NCBI GenBank assembly: GCA_963808235.1
Contig: CAWEEQ010000004.1
Span: forward strand, 1,760,001 to 1,824,000
Source of the DNA: an uncultured delta proteobacterium
GTDB taxonomy: Bacteria > Desulfobacterota > Binatia > Binatales > Binataceae
Direction of reading: 5' to 3'
DNA length: 64,000 nucleotides
Position numbers and translations under genes: made by a program
The notes under the pieces: model-generated
Told to the model about the DNA's origin: nothing
Databases searched by the model: none
Seen by the model: the letters and a program-made list of their open reading frames with translations, nothing else
Shown: in pieces, positions 32,827 through 41,593 of the stretch
Layout: each line of letters begins with the position of its first letter
Numbering within the stretch: the first letter of the stretch is position 1

Positions 32827-35021
32827 AGAAGTCAACCAGCCGCCCCAAATCCGGGCGTATCGCCAAGGGCGCCAAAACCAAGACTCCCGCCGGTTCTCGA
32901 TCGGCCGTTTCGAAAAGCGCCTCCCGGCCGCGGCGGCAGGAACTCGCGGAACTTCGGCGCAGAGTCGAAGTCGCAGAAATGACGCTCGACGCGATCCGCT
33001 CCGGCGAGGCCGATGCGCTCGTGATCTCCGGCGCCGAAGGCGACCGCGTATTCACCCTTAAGGGCGCCGACCAGCCCTACCGCGTCCTGGTCGAGTCCAT
33101 GAACGAAGGCGCGGTCACCCTGACCCCTGACGGCATCCTGCTCTACTGCAATCGTCACTTTGCCGACCTGCTCGGCCTGCCGCTGGAAAAAGTGATGGGC
33201 AGCTCCTTATATGAAGTCGTCCCGGCAAGTGAGCACGCGCAGCTCGAAGCTCTCCTGCAGCAGGGCAAATCCGGCGGGAGCAAGACCGAGCTGACGCTTA
33301 GCGGTTCTCGCGGCGCAATCAGCGTCCAGCTATCCGCCACCGCTTTGCAGGTCGATGGGCTCAAGGCGGTGAGCGTCATCGTCACCGATCTGACCGAGCG
33401 GCGACGCAGCGAGCAAATCATCGCGTCCGAAAACCTCGCGCGATCGATTCTCGATCAGGCCGCCGAGTCGATCGTCGTTTGCGATCCTGAAGGTCGCATC
33501 GTCCGCGCCAACCCGTCGGCAATCGAGCTCTGCGGGCAGAACCCATTGTTGCGTCAATTTACCGAGGTATTCCCGCTGCGCGGAGTTCGGCAGGCAAGCG
33601 GACCTGAAGATCGCTCGCCGAGTAGCTTTATCTCCGGTACCAGTGAGACGCTGCGCAGCCTCGGCGCGGTTCTGATCCGTCCGAATCTGCCTCCAGTCGA
33701 GGTGCTGATCAGCGCCGGCCCGCTCTCGACCGCCGACGGCGAACCACTCGGACGCGTGATCACGCTGACCGATATCAGCGCGCTGGCCCGGGTCCAACGC
33801 GTCCAGCGCTTTCTTGCCGAAACAAGCGCCCAGTTGGTGCAATCTCTGGATCTGGAAGGCAAACTTCGGAACCTGGTCCGCGCGGTGGTCGGCGAATTTG
33901 CCGATTGGTGCTCGGTTGAAGTGATCGAGCAGCGCGGCCTGATGCGAGCGATAGGCTCGCGAGGAACTGGTCGAGAAATCGATATCTCGGTTGAGGTCGT
34001 CGAGTCCGGCGAAGATGCTTCAGAGCGATTCGAATCGCTGCGCCGGGCTGCCGACGGCGGGGTTCATGAATTGCGGAAGTCCGCGCGCGACGACCGCGCC
34101 CGGGAGCTCTATGGGCGCGGGGCGCGTTCGGTAATCTCGATCCCGCTGATCGCGCGCGGCGGCTCTTTCGGAGCGATGACGCTGGCCTCCTTCGACGCCG
34201 ATCACATTTACGGGCCTCAAGACCTCGCGTTTGCGTCTGAACTGGGTCATCGCGCCGCAAATGCGATCGACAATGCGCGGCTCTATCGCGAGGCCGAAGA
34301 CGCGGTCAAAGAGCGCGACGAGTTCATGTCGATCGCCGCCCATGAAATGCGCACACCTTTGATGGCTCTCGGTCTTCAATTGAGCAACCTGATGCGCCTC
34401 GTCTCGAGCGCTCCCACAGAAACTCTAGAGACGAAAATCAAGAAAGCTATCGGGCAGACCGATCGGATGGCCAAGCTTATCGATCATCTCCTCGACGTGT
34501 CCCGGATCACCGCCGGCCAACTCGTCCTGGAACCCGCGAATTGCGACCTGTCCGAAGTAGTACGTGAAAGCGTCGAGCGCTTCGCCGAAGAGGCCAGCCG
34601 CGCCGGAGTTGAGCTCCAGATGCGCCTGGAGCCTGGCGTAAAAGGGACTTGGGATAGTTTCCGGCTCGAGCAGGCGGTCACCAACCTGGTGTCCAACGCG
34701 ATAAAGTACGGAGACGGGAAGCCTGTTGAGGTGGTTCTCGAAACCAACCCCCGCGGGGCGCGGTTGATCGTTCGAGACAATGGAATCGGAATCGCGGAGA
34801 AAGACTTACGCCGCGTCTTCGAGCCCTTCCAGCGCTCGACCATGGTTCGCAGCTTCAGCGGACTCGGCCTCGGACTCCACATCACAAGCCAGATCGTGCG
34901 GGCCCACGGCGGCGAGCTTCGAGTGAAAAGCAAACTCGGCGAGGGATCCTCGTTTGTCGTCGATTTGCCGCATGGTGCACAGGCATCCGCTTCTGCTCCG
35001 GAACATTTTCTTTCGCGCTAG
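32823..35021 (+). CDS. PAS-PAS-GAF sensor histidine kinase, kai-operon associated
   Basis: TLDAIRSGEADAL..YRVLVESMNEG, GAF, AHEMRTPL, NLVSNAIKY, DNGIGI, GLGLGL; ATGA overlap with kaiB. Confidence 0.93.
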   Translation: MKKSTSRPKSGRIAKGAKTKTPAGSRSAVSKSASRPRRQELAELRRRVEVAEMTLDAIRSGEADALVISGAEGDRVFTLKGADQPYRVLVESMNEGAVTLTPDGILLYCNRHFADLLGLPLEKVMGSSLYEVVPASEHAQLEALLQQGKSGGSKTELTLSGSRGAISVQLSATALQVDGLKAVSVIVTDLTERRRSEQIIASENLARSILDQAAESIVVCDPEGRIVRANPSAIELCGQNPLLRQFTEVFPLRGVRQASGPEDRSPSSFISGTSETLRSLGAVLIRPNLPPVEVLISAGPLSTADGEPLGRVITLTDISALARVQRVQRFLAETSAQLVQSLDLEGKLRNLVRAVVGEFADWCSVEVIEQRGLMRAIGSRGTGREIDISVEVVESGEDASERFESLRRAADGGVHELRKSARDDRARELYGRGARSVISIPLIARGGSFGAMTLASFDADHIYGPQDLAFASELGHRAANAIDNARLYREAEDAVKERDEFMSIAAHEMRTPLMALGLQLSNLMRLVSSAPTETLETKIKKAIGQTDRMAKLIDHLLDVSRITAGQLVLEPANCDLSEVVRESVERFAEEASRAGVELQMRLEPGVKGTWDSFRLEQAVTNLVSNAIKYGDGKPVEVVLETNPRGARLIVRDNGIGIAEKDLRRVFEPFQRSTMVRSFSGLGLGLHITSQIVRAHGGELRVKSKLGEGSSFVVDLPHGAQASASAPEHFLSR

Positions 35022-35137
35022 CTCATACCGGACCGCGTTTTCCCGCCGTAAGAAGCATTTCAGCTAGATTTCGCTAGTGCAGAAGCGCCCAGAGAGCGCT
35101 AGGTGCGGGAGGATGTTATGGCCTCCCGGGTTCCGCT

Positions 35138-35537
35138 ATGCTTGGCGACGTGACCGGCGGGAAAAACGAAGAATGCGCCATCCTGGTGATCGAAGATGAC
35201 GAGGATGTGCGCCAGGCGATGGTCGCTATCCTGGAGATGAAAGGCTACAGCGTCGCGTCCGCAGAAAACGGCAAGGCGGCGATGGACTACCTCCGCGCCG
35301 CGCCCATTCCCAACCTCATCATTACCGACCTGTCGATGCCCGTGATGGACGGCAGGCAATTCCGCCGCGAGCAAGTCAAAGACGCACGCCTGGCAAATGT
35401 TCCGCTGTTGGTAATAACGGCGATGAATGATCGAAACGGCATCGACGCAAACGAGATCCTGCGCAAGCCGGTCGAACGTCGATCATCTGCTCGCGACGGT
35501 CAGCCGCTACTGCGAGCCGGAGTCGACCCCGCGATGA
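35138..35537 (+). CDS. Single-domain response regulator with an apparent +1 frameshift at 35475-35476
   Basis: ILVIEDD, DLSMPVMDG, LRKPV; removing one A restores KPVDVDHLLATVSRYCEPESTPR* with TGA overlapping the next ATG. Confidence 0.8.
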
Positions 35538-36676
35538 GCGCCAAGGACCAGCCGCCTGAGAGCCCCTTTGTAACGCGCGATCACGAGTTACTTTCTTCGC
35601 TGGTGATGACTGATTTGCCCGCTCGCGTCTGGGTCAAAGATTCGAGCGGCCGATACGTCTTCGTGAATTCCCGGCTCACATCGGAGCTCGGCATCGATCG
35701 CGAAAAGTGGATCGGCTCCAAAGACGACGAACTGTTTCCAAACGTCGGCCACGTTTACTGGCGCAAGGACCTGCAGGTCTTGTCGTCGGGAAACACGCTG
35801 GTGACCACCGACCAGGTCGAGAAAGGGAAAACGATTTTCGTAGTGAGATTTCTGCTCGATGTCGATGGTCAGCCGCACGTCGCCGCGGTAGGCCTCGATA
35901 CGACCGAGCATATATCGGCGCTGATCGGCATCTTTCAACTGCGCGACGAGCTTTTTCGAAGCGAACGCCTGCGATCGATCGGCGAGATGGCTTCGGGCTT
36001 CGCCCACGATCTGAAAAACATTCTCAACGCCGGAGCCATAAGGCTCAACATCCTGCGCGCGAAAGCCGGCAGCGGGTTGACCGGCGACCTCGATGCGCTC
36101 GATAGAACGATCAAGGCCGCTGCCGACCGGGCCCGCAGTCTTCAGGATTTTGTGAATGCGCGACCGCAGGAGACGCTCGAGCCGTCCGATTTGTCGGTTC
36201 TGATTCGCGAGGCGGTCGAGATGGTGGATTTTCTGATTTTCAAGAGCCCGACCGTGAACGGCGGCACGATTAATCTCGAGCGTAAGCTGCCGGCCTCATT
36301 GCCAAAGGTCCCTACTTTTCCAAACCAGTTGAAGCACGTGATCGCGAACCTGCTGATTAACGGCCGCGAGGCGATGCCCGACGGCGGCAATCTGCTGATC
36401 GAGGCAAAGAAAAATACCTCGAACGTCGAAGTCGTCGTCGCCGATGAAGGCACTGGTATCTCCGCAGACATCGCGGAGAAAATTTTTGACCCTTTTTTCA
36501 CCACCAAGCAGATGGGTACTGGTCTCGGCCTCTCGATGGCGCGCGACGTGATGACCCGCATCGGAGGCGATATTCGCGTCGTAAATCGCGCTCCGCGTGG
36601 AGCGGCATTCACCTTGATTTTCCCAATCCCGGCAAGCTCGGCGCCTGGAACCGGCGCTCCCAATGCCGACGGATGA
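35534..36676 (+). CDS. PAS sensor histidine kinase (NtrB-like)
   Basis: VWVKDSSGRYVFVN PAS, AHDLKN, NLLINGREAM, DPFFTTK, GTGLGL; appears fused to the receiver in the ORF track only because of the frameshift. Confidence 0.88.
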   Translation: MSAKDQPPESPFVTRDHELLSSLVMTDLPARVWVKDSSGRYVFVNSRLTSELGIDREKWIGSKDDELFPNVGHVYWRKDLQVLSSGNTLVTTDQVEKGKTIFVVRFLLDVDGQPHVAAVGLDTTEHISALIGIFQLRDELFRSERLRSIGEMASGFAHDLKNILNAGAIRLNILRAKAGSGLTGDLDALDRTIKAAADRARSLQDFVNARPQETLEPSDLSVLIREAVEMVDFLIFKSPTVNGGTINLERKLPASLPKVPTFPNQLKHVIANLLINGREAMPDGGNLLIEAKKNTSNVEVVVADEGTGISADIAEKIFDPFFTTKQMGTGLGLSMARDVMTRIGGDIRVVNRAPRGAAFTLIFPIPASSAPGTGAPNADG

Positions 36677-36741
36677 GGCGGCCTGGATTCGAATCGAAGA
36701 ATCGATTGCGCGCTTTTCCCGTTTGCTGATAACTCGTAGCC

Positions 36742-37461
36742 ATGTCTCTCAGTGCTAAAACCGTCGTCATCCTTGGTGGCAGCTCAGGCATCGGACTCGC
36801 CACCGCCAGCGCCGCGCTGACGCAGCATGCCGACGTGATCATCACCGGCCGATCACGCGAGCGGCTCGACTCGGCGGTTCGTGAATTGGGCTCTCGCGTG
36901 CGCGCGATCGCACTCGATGCGGGCGACGAAGCGGGCACAGGTGCGATGTTTGACGGGATCGATCACGTCGATCACATCTTCGTGAGCGCGGGCGGAGTCA
37001 CCCCTGATGCGGCGCTCACCGTCGAAGTCAGTGCGATGCGCCCCGCGATGGACGTGCGTCTGTGGGGCGCGGTCTACGCCGCCAAGTACGGCGGTCGCAA
37101 GATGGGCGCAGGCGGCTCGATCACGTTCATGTCGGGGACAGCAGCGATGCGCCCGATAGCCGGCGCGACGGTCGGCTCAGCTTCATGCGCCGCAGTCGAA
37201 GGCCTCGCGCGATCGCTCGCGGTTGACCTGTCTCCCATCCGCGTCAACGCAATTTGCCCGGGACTAATCGACACTCCGCTAATAGAGACCTTCATAGGCG
37301 GCGAGAACAAAGACGCGATCGTCGCGAGCTACACCAAGCGCTTCCCGGTAAAGCGGATGGGCCGCGCCGAAGAAGTAGCCGACGCCGTACTCTTCCTGAT
37401 GAAGAACGAATACGTGAATGGTACGACGCTCGTAATCGACGGCGGCGGCTCGCTGGTTTGA
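36742..37461 (+). CDS. SDR-family oxidoreductase (atypical, lacks YxxxK)
   Basis: GGSSGIG, IRVNAICPG, IDGGG. Confidence 0.9.
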   Translation: MSLSAKTVVILGGSSGIGLATASAALTQHADVIITGRSRERLDSAVRELGSRVRAIALDAGDEAGTGAMFDGIDHVDHIFVSAGGVTPDAALTVEVSAMRPAMDVRLWGAVYAAKYGGRKMGAGGSITFMSGTAAMRPIAGATVGSASCAAVEGLARSLAVDLSPIRVNAICPGLIDTPLIETFIGGENKDAIVASYTKRFPVKRMGRAEEVADAVLFLMKNEYVNGTTLVIDGGGSLV

Positions 37462-37638
37462 GCGCGCAAATGTTCTCCGCGCGCCCTCTCCGCTGATTCT
37501 CACTCATCTTTGGTTCCCTGCATCACACAATTCAGTCCGGCAGCATCGCATTCCGATGTATGTCGACTGGCATGGGAGTAAAGATGAGTAGTCCCTCTAG
37601 AACCGCCTCAGCCGAGACATCATAAATAGGAGTCTGAA

Positions 37639-37986
37639 ATGAAATACGCATCCAATTCCGCAATAGCTATTTGTGCTGGTATTGCGATGGCATGTCTGGT
37701 CGGCTGCGCGCCGACTACTCACGTCACGGAAACCACGACGACCAGGGAATACGACACTACCAATCCGCCAGTGATGGTGGCGCCGGTCGCGAATTCGAAT
37801 ACGACCACAACCACCCAATATGACAACGGCACCGTGCAGCGAACCTATAGCCAGCCCGCTCCTTACGTGTATTCGCAGCCCGCTCCGTACATAGCTCCGG
37901 CGCAAAGCTCAACCACGGTGACTACGAATTCCGACGACGGCGCCACCCAGAAGCAGACAACCACGACCTACGCCGCGCCGTACTAG
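37639..37986 (+). CDS. Thr-rich hypothetical lipoprotein
   Basis: AGGAG RBS, LVGC lipobox, YSQPAPY tandem repeat. Confidence 0.75.
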   Translation: MKYASNSAIAICAGIAMACLVGCAPTTHVTETTTTREYDTTNPPVMVAPVANSNTTTTTQYDNGTVQRTYSQPAPYVYSQPAPYIAPAQSSTTVTTNSDDGATQKQTTTTYAAPY

Positions 37987-38124
37987 CAATCGCTGAGTGC
38001 GCGCTACGCGCGCGAGATTCGAGGTCGGCGGAATCGGTTCGTCTCATTAGCGATTGCTGTTCGGTGAGCCGCACTTGTGATTTTCCGCGCACAAGCGCGC
38101 GCTCTCTTGTCTTCGCGAACGTGA

Positions 38125-38556
38125 ATGAAATTCAGTAAGATCGAATACACGCACCTGAATGCGCGCCAAAAAGAGAACTTCAATTTTCAGAAAGTGTCGG
38201 CGATTCTCGCGGACTATGGTTTCATTACAATTCGACTTTCTGACGACTGGCAGGGCGCGGATTTTATCGCGCTGCACATCAGCGGCTCGTCAGTGCGCGT
38301 TCAGTTGAAAAGCCGCCTCGGTTTCGACAATAAGTATCGTGGCAAAGATCTTCACGTAGTATTCGGCGAAGGCGGCGCCTGGTATCTGTATCCGCACGAC
38401 GAGTTGTTTGACAAAGTCCTTAAGGCAACCAAAATTGGCAACACTAGCTCGATACGCGAGCGTGGCGGATATAATTTCCAGCGGATTCCGACCTCGATCG
38501 CGCATTTGATCGAGCCGTATCGAATCAGTGGAGACACCAAGCCTCTGACGGAATAG
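38125..38556 (+). CDS. Hypothetical protein with a PD-(D/E)XK nuclease-like motif
   Basis: GADFIA...VQLK pattern; more AT-rich than its neighbours. Confidence 0.7.
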   Translation: MKFSKIEYTHLNARQKENFNFQKVSAILADYGFITIRLSDDWQGADFIALHISGSSVRVQLKSRLGFDNKYRGKDLHVVFGEGGAWYLYPHDELFDKVLKATKIGNTSSIRERGGYNFQRIPTSIAHLIEPYRISGDTKPLTE

Positions 38557-38630
38557 CGCGCCCGGAGGGATTCGAACCCCCAACCCTCAGATCCGAAGTC
38601 TGATGCTCTATCCAGTTGAGCTACGGGCGC
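38557..38630 (-). tRNA. tRNA-Arg(UCG), CCA not encoded
   Basis: Acceptor GCGCCCG/CGGGCGC, D arm GCTC/GAGC, anticodon arm TCAGA-CTTCGGA-TCTGA, T loop TTCGAAT; 74 nt. Confidence 0.96.
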
Positions 38631-38709
38631 GAGTTTTTCACGGCGCTGCGAGCATCCGCTAAATTAGCAGATCGACTGCCGTTATGTACTCCTGAATCGA
38701 CGCAGGCGC

Positions 38710-39882
38710 CTACTGGCCTGGCGGAAAATCCAGCGTCCGGCGAATCGTGGTCGGAAACAGGGACGGTGGCGACGGCGCCAGGTAGTTACTCAGATCGAAA
38801 TCGCGGCCGTAGCTGCTGACCACTACTTTGCCGTTCTTAAGCACATCGACCAGGGTGAATCCATAATAGAAAGGTTTGCCGGCGAGCTCCCAGAGCGCGT
38901 CTTCCTTGGAGCCGCCGTTGCCCGCGATGATCTGCACGGTGTGCTGGAGCATCGAGACCGGCGAGACCGGTACGCTGAAGTCCCAGAGGTGGGCATGAGC
39001 GACCAGGTAATAACCAACGCCGGCATTATTCAGCTCGTCCCAGAACTGGTTGCGGAGATCGGGATTAGAATCGAGCGCCTGCTCCGAGTTTGCGTCGGCG
39101 GGAGAAAAAGCCTGCTTATGACCCAGCACAAACGTATGCTTCAGGTGAGGGTCGCCGGCCGCGGACGCCAGATCCTGATGAAGCCAGTTGAGCGGAACCG
39201 TCGCGACCGCGCCGTACGGATCTGTGTTCAGAATCACGAAATGTGAATCGCGAAAGTCGAACGAGTAGGTGAACTGGCTCTGATCGGTCTGTAGATTATC
39301 GGCGCCGCCCGCCGGAGGACCGTTGTTTCCGGCGATGAACGGTTGCATCACGGAGAGCCACACTGCTTCGGCGCCGGGATTGGAGGTCTGCGAACCTTTC
39401 GCGCCCATCAGCGATTCGTGATTGCCGGGGAGCGCGATCAATCGAATCTTCCGGTCATTGCCGAGCTCGGAGTTCCGATACACATCGACCCAGGATTCCA
39501 GTTCATGGCGCAGTTCGTTCAGGTCGGGAGTGAGTCCAAGTACCATGTCACCGGTGAAGACGACAAAATCCGGCCGCGGCTTCAGCTCTGCGATTTCGGT
39601 GAAGCTGCGCTCCAATTGGGCGAGGTTCGCGGTGCTCGGATTTTCCGGCGTCTTGTCGCCCTTGAACACGCGGTTACATCCCATGAACACGAACGAGTAC
39701 TTGATCTTCTGCTTATTGTGCGGCTCCGCATCGTCGTCGTTCCAACTCTGCGCACTCGCAAAACTCGCGAAGCTTCCGATGACGACGACAACGATGGCGA
39801 GCATCGCAGCAGCCGCATCATATCTTCGAGCGCGCCGATGCCCCGTAGCTCCGCTTCGAGCAACACCCCCGCAACCAATCAT
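38710..39882 (-). CDS. Secreted calcineurin-like metallophosphoesterase
   Basis: FTGDMV, PGNHE, LGHK, AHAH; N-terminal signal or TM segment; start uncertain. Confidence 0.88.
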   Translation of the reverse strand: MIGCGGVARSGATGHRRARRYDAAAAMLAIVVVVIGSFASFASAQSWNDDDAEPHNKQKIKYSFVFMGCNRVFKGDKTPENPSTANLAQLERSFTEIAELKPRPDFVVFTGDMVLGLTPDLNELRHELESWVDVYRNSELGNDRKIRLIALPGNHESLMGAKGSQTSNPGAEAVWLSVMQPFIAGNNGPPAGGADNLQTDQSQFTYSFDFRDSHFVILNTDPYGAVATVPLNWLHQDLASAAGDPHLKHTFVLGHKQAFSPADANSEQALDSNPDLRNQFWDELNNAGVGYYLVAHAHLWDFSVPVSPVSMLQHTVQIIAGNGGSKEDALWELAGKPFYYGFTLVDVLKNGKVVVSSYGRDFDLSNYLAPSPPSLFPTTIRRTLDFPPGQ

Positions 39883-39987
39883 GTAACGCTCCCCCTGCTT
39901 GCTCCGCGGAACCCGTTTCCTCCAAGTGCCGCGCGAGCGCGGACCACGCTATCACCTTTGATCGTTGCGGTTGATAGTTTGTGACGG

Positions 39988-40033
39988 TTGACTCGTCTGC
40001 GGCGGCAATAAAGAATGTGACTGACTGGTCAGT
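39988..40033 (+). promoter_or_regulatory. Sigma70-like promoter with a palindromic TetR operator
   Basis: TTGACT (39988) -17 nt- AAGAAT (40011); ACTGAC-TG-GTCAGT (40020-40033) just before the tetR ATG. Confidence 0.7.
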
Positions 40034-40035
40034 TT

Positions 40036-40695
40036 ATGAAAAATATCTCACAAAATTCACTCAAAACTAATAATGGTCGTCCAAACCCGATCAGCGAGCC
40101 GCTCCCCAAACACGAGCGCATCCTCGCCGCGGCGCTGAAACTTTTCGCTCACGAGCCCTACCAGGCAGTCACGATGGATCGAGTGGCGCACGCCGCCGGA
40201 GTCGCCAAGGGCACGCTCTATCTTTATTTTCCGTCCAAGGACGCGCTCTATCTTGGAATCCTGAGCACCGAGCTCGACAACGCGTATCGGACCCAGCAAA
40301 ACAGCGCCGATCCGCAACTGCCGCTGATCGAGCGGATGCGCCGTTCGATCGCGGTCACGGTGGAGTTTTACGATCGGCGCCGCGATTTTTTGCGCTTTTT
40401 CGCGACCGAGGAGCCGCGTCTTGCCGAAGCGCGCAATCGGATTATCGAAGCGGCGCGCGAGCGCAACTTCAATTTTTTCGCCTCGCTGATCGAGGAAGGA
40501 ATTCGCAACGGGGAATTCGCGCCGGTCGATCCGCGGCTCGCCACGTTCGCGATCCAGGGATCGATTCGATCGCTGCTGCTCTTCTATGGTTCGAGCCGCC
40601 CGGTCTCCGAGTTGAGCCGCGAACTCGGGAGCCTGATGCTGAAGGCGCTCGGCGAAAACCCGGTCCATTATTCCAAGCCGGGGCATCCGGACTAG
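40036..40695 (+). CDS. TetR/AcrR-family transcriptional regulator
   Basis: ILAAALKLF, VAHAAGVAKGTLYLYFPSKDAL. Confidence 0.95.
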   Translation: MKNISQNSLKTNNGRPNPISEPLPKHERILAAALKLFAHEPYQAVTMDRVAHAAGVAKGTLYLYFPSKDALYLGILSTELDNAYRTQQNSADPQLPLIERMRRSIAVTVEFYDRRRDFLRFFATEEPRLAEARNRIIEAARERNFNFFASLIEEGIRNGEFAPVDPRLATFAIQGSIRSLLLFYGSSRPVSELSRELGSLMLKALGENPVHYSKPGHPD

Positions 40696-40708
40696 CGCGA
40701 ACTCAGCG

Positions 40709-41593
40709 ATGCGAACTTTAATCCGCCGGATTATCCGGCTCGCGATCTTTGCCGGCATCGTCGTGGGAATTTATTTCTTCGGACGAGTCTATCTGTGGCC
40801 GCCGGAAGATCGCTCGAAGATCCAGGCGGTCGGAATGATCGAGGCGCCCGAAGTTAATATCACCAGCCGAATCGCGGGCCGAATAAAACAGCTCAACCTG
40901 ATCGAAGGCGACCGGGTGCACAAGGGCGATGTCGTATGCCTGATCGAGGATATCGATCTGCGCAATCAACTCGCCAAGTCGAAGGCCGATCTCGCGCATG
41001 CGCAGGCTGATCTCGGGCAAGCACGGCGCGATCTCGCTCGCGACGAGCAGTTGTCGCGCGAAAACGTGATCGCGACAAAGATCCGCGATGACGCGATCAC
41101 GCTCGTCCAGGAGGACGAGGCCAACGTGCTCAGCGACGAAGCCAACGCGAAATTCTATGCGGACCAGGTCGTCGATACCGAGGTCAGGTCGCCGGTGGAT
41201 GGCGTCATCGTCTCCAAAGCTCTGGAGGTCGGCGAATGGGTCACGCCGGGCGTGCCGATTCTCACCGTTGACGATCTCTCCACGATTTGGGCGCGCGTCG
41301 ATGTGGAGGAAACCGATCTCGGCTCGCTCTACATCGGCAAGGCAGCGCAAATCGAATTGCCGACCGATCCGCCCCAGACCTTCACCGGCCGCGTCATGGC
41401 GATCGGACAGGAGGGCCAGTTCGCGACCGAGCGCGACGTGCGCCGCGGACGCCAGGATATTCGCACCTTCTACGTGAAGGTGCAGGTTCTGCAAGCAGAC
41501 GGCCAGCTCAAGCCCGGGATGACTGCGGAAGTTACTTTTCCGAGGCGCGATGGAACCCGAGTCACCAGCAATACAGACCAAAGACCTGACTAA
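40709..41593 (+). CDS. HlyD-family membrane fusion protein (YbhG-like)
   Basis: N-terminal TM, ITSRIAGRI, SPVDGVI, LKPGMTAEV. Confidence 0.9.
   Translation: MRTLIRRIIRLAIFAGIVVGIYFFGRVYLWPPEDRSKIQAVGMIEAPEVNITSRIAGRIKQLNLIEGDRVHKGDVVCLIEDIDLRNQLAKSKADLAHAQADLGQARRDLARDEQLSRENVIATKIRDDAITLVQEDEANVLSDEANAKFYADQVVDTEVRSPVDGVIVSKALEVGEWVTPGVPILTVDDLSTIWARVDVEETDLGSLYIGKAAQIELPTDPPQTFTGRVMAIGQEGQFATERDVRRGRQDIRTFYVKVQVLQADGQLKPGMTAEVTFPRRDGTRVTSNTDQRPD

Noticed and set aside
38125-38630. Full genomic island integrated at tRNA-Arg
   Set aside because: No integrase and no duplicated tRNA 3' end (att site) was found in the window.
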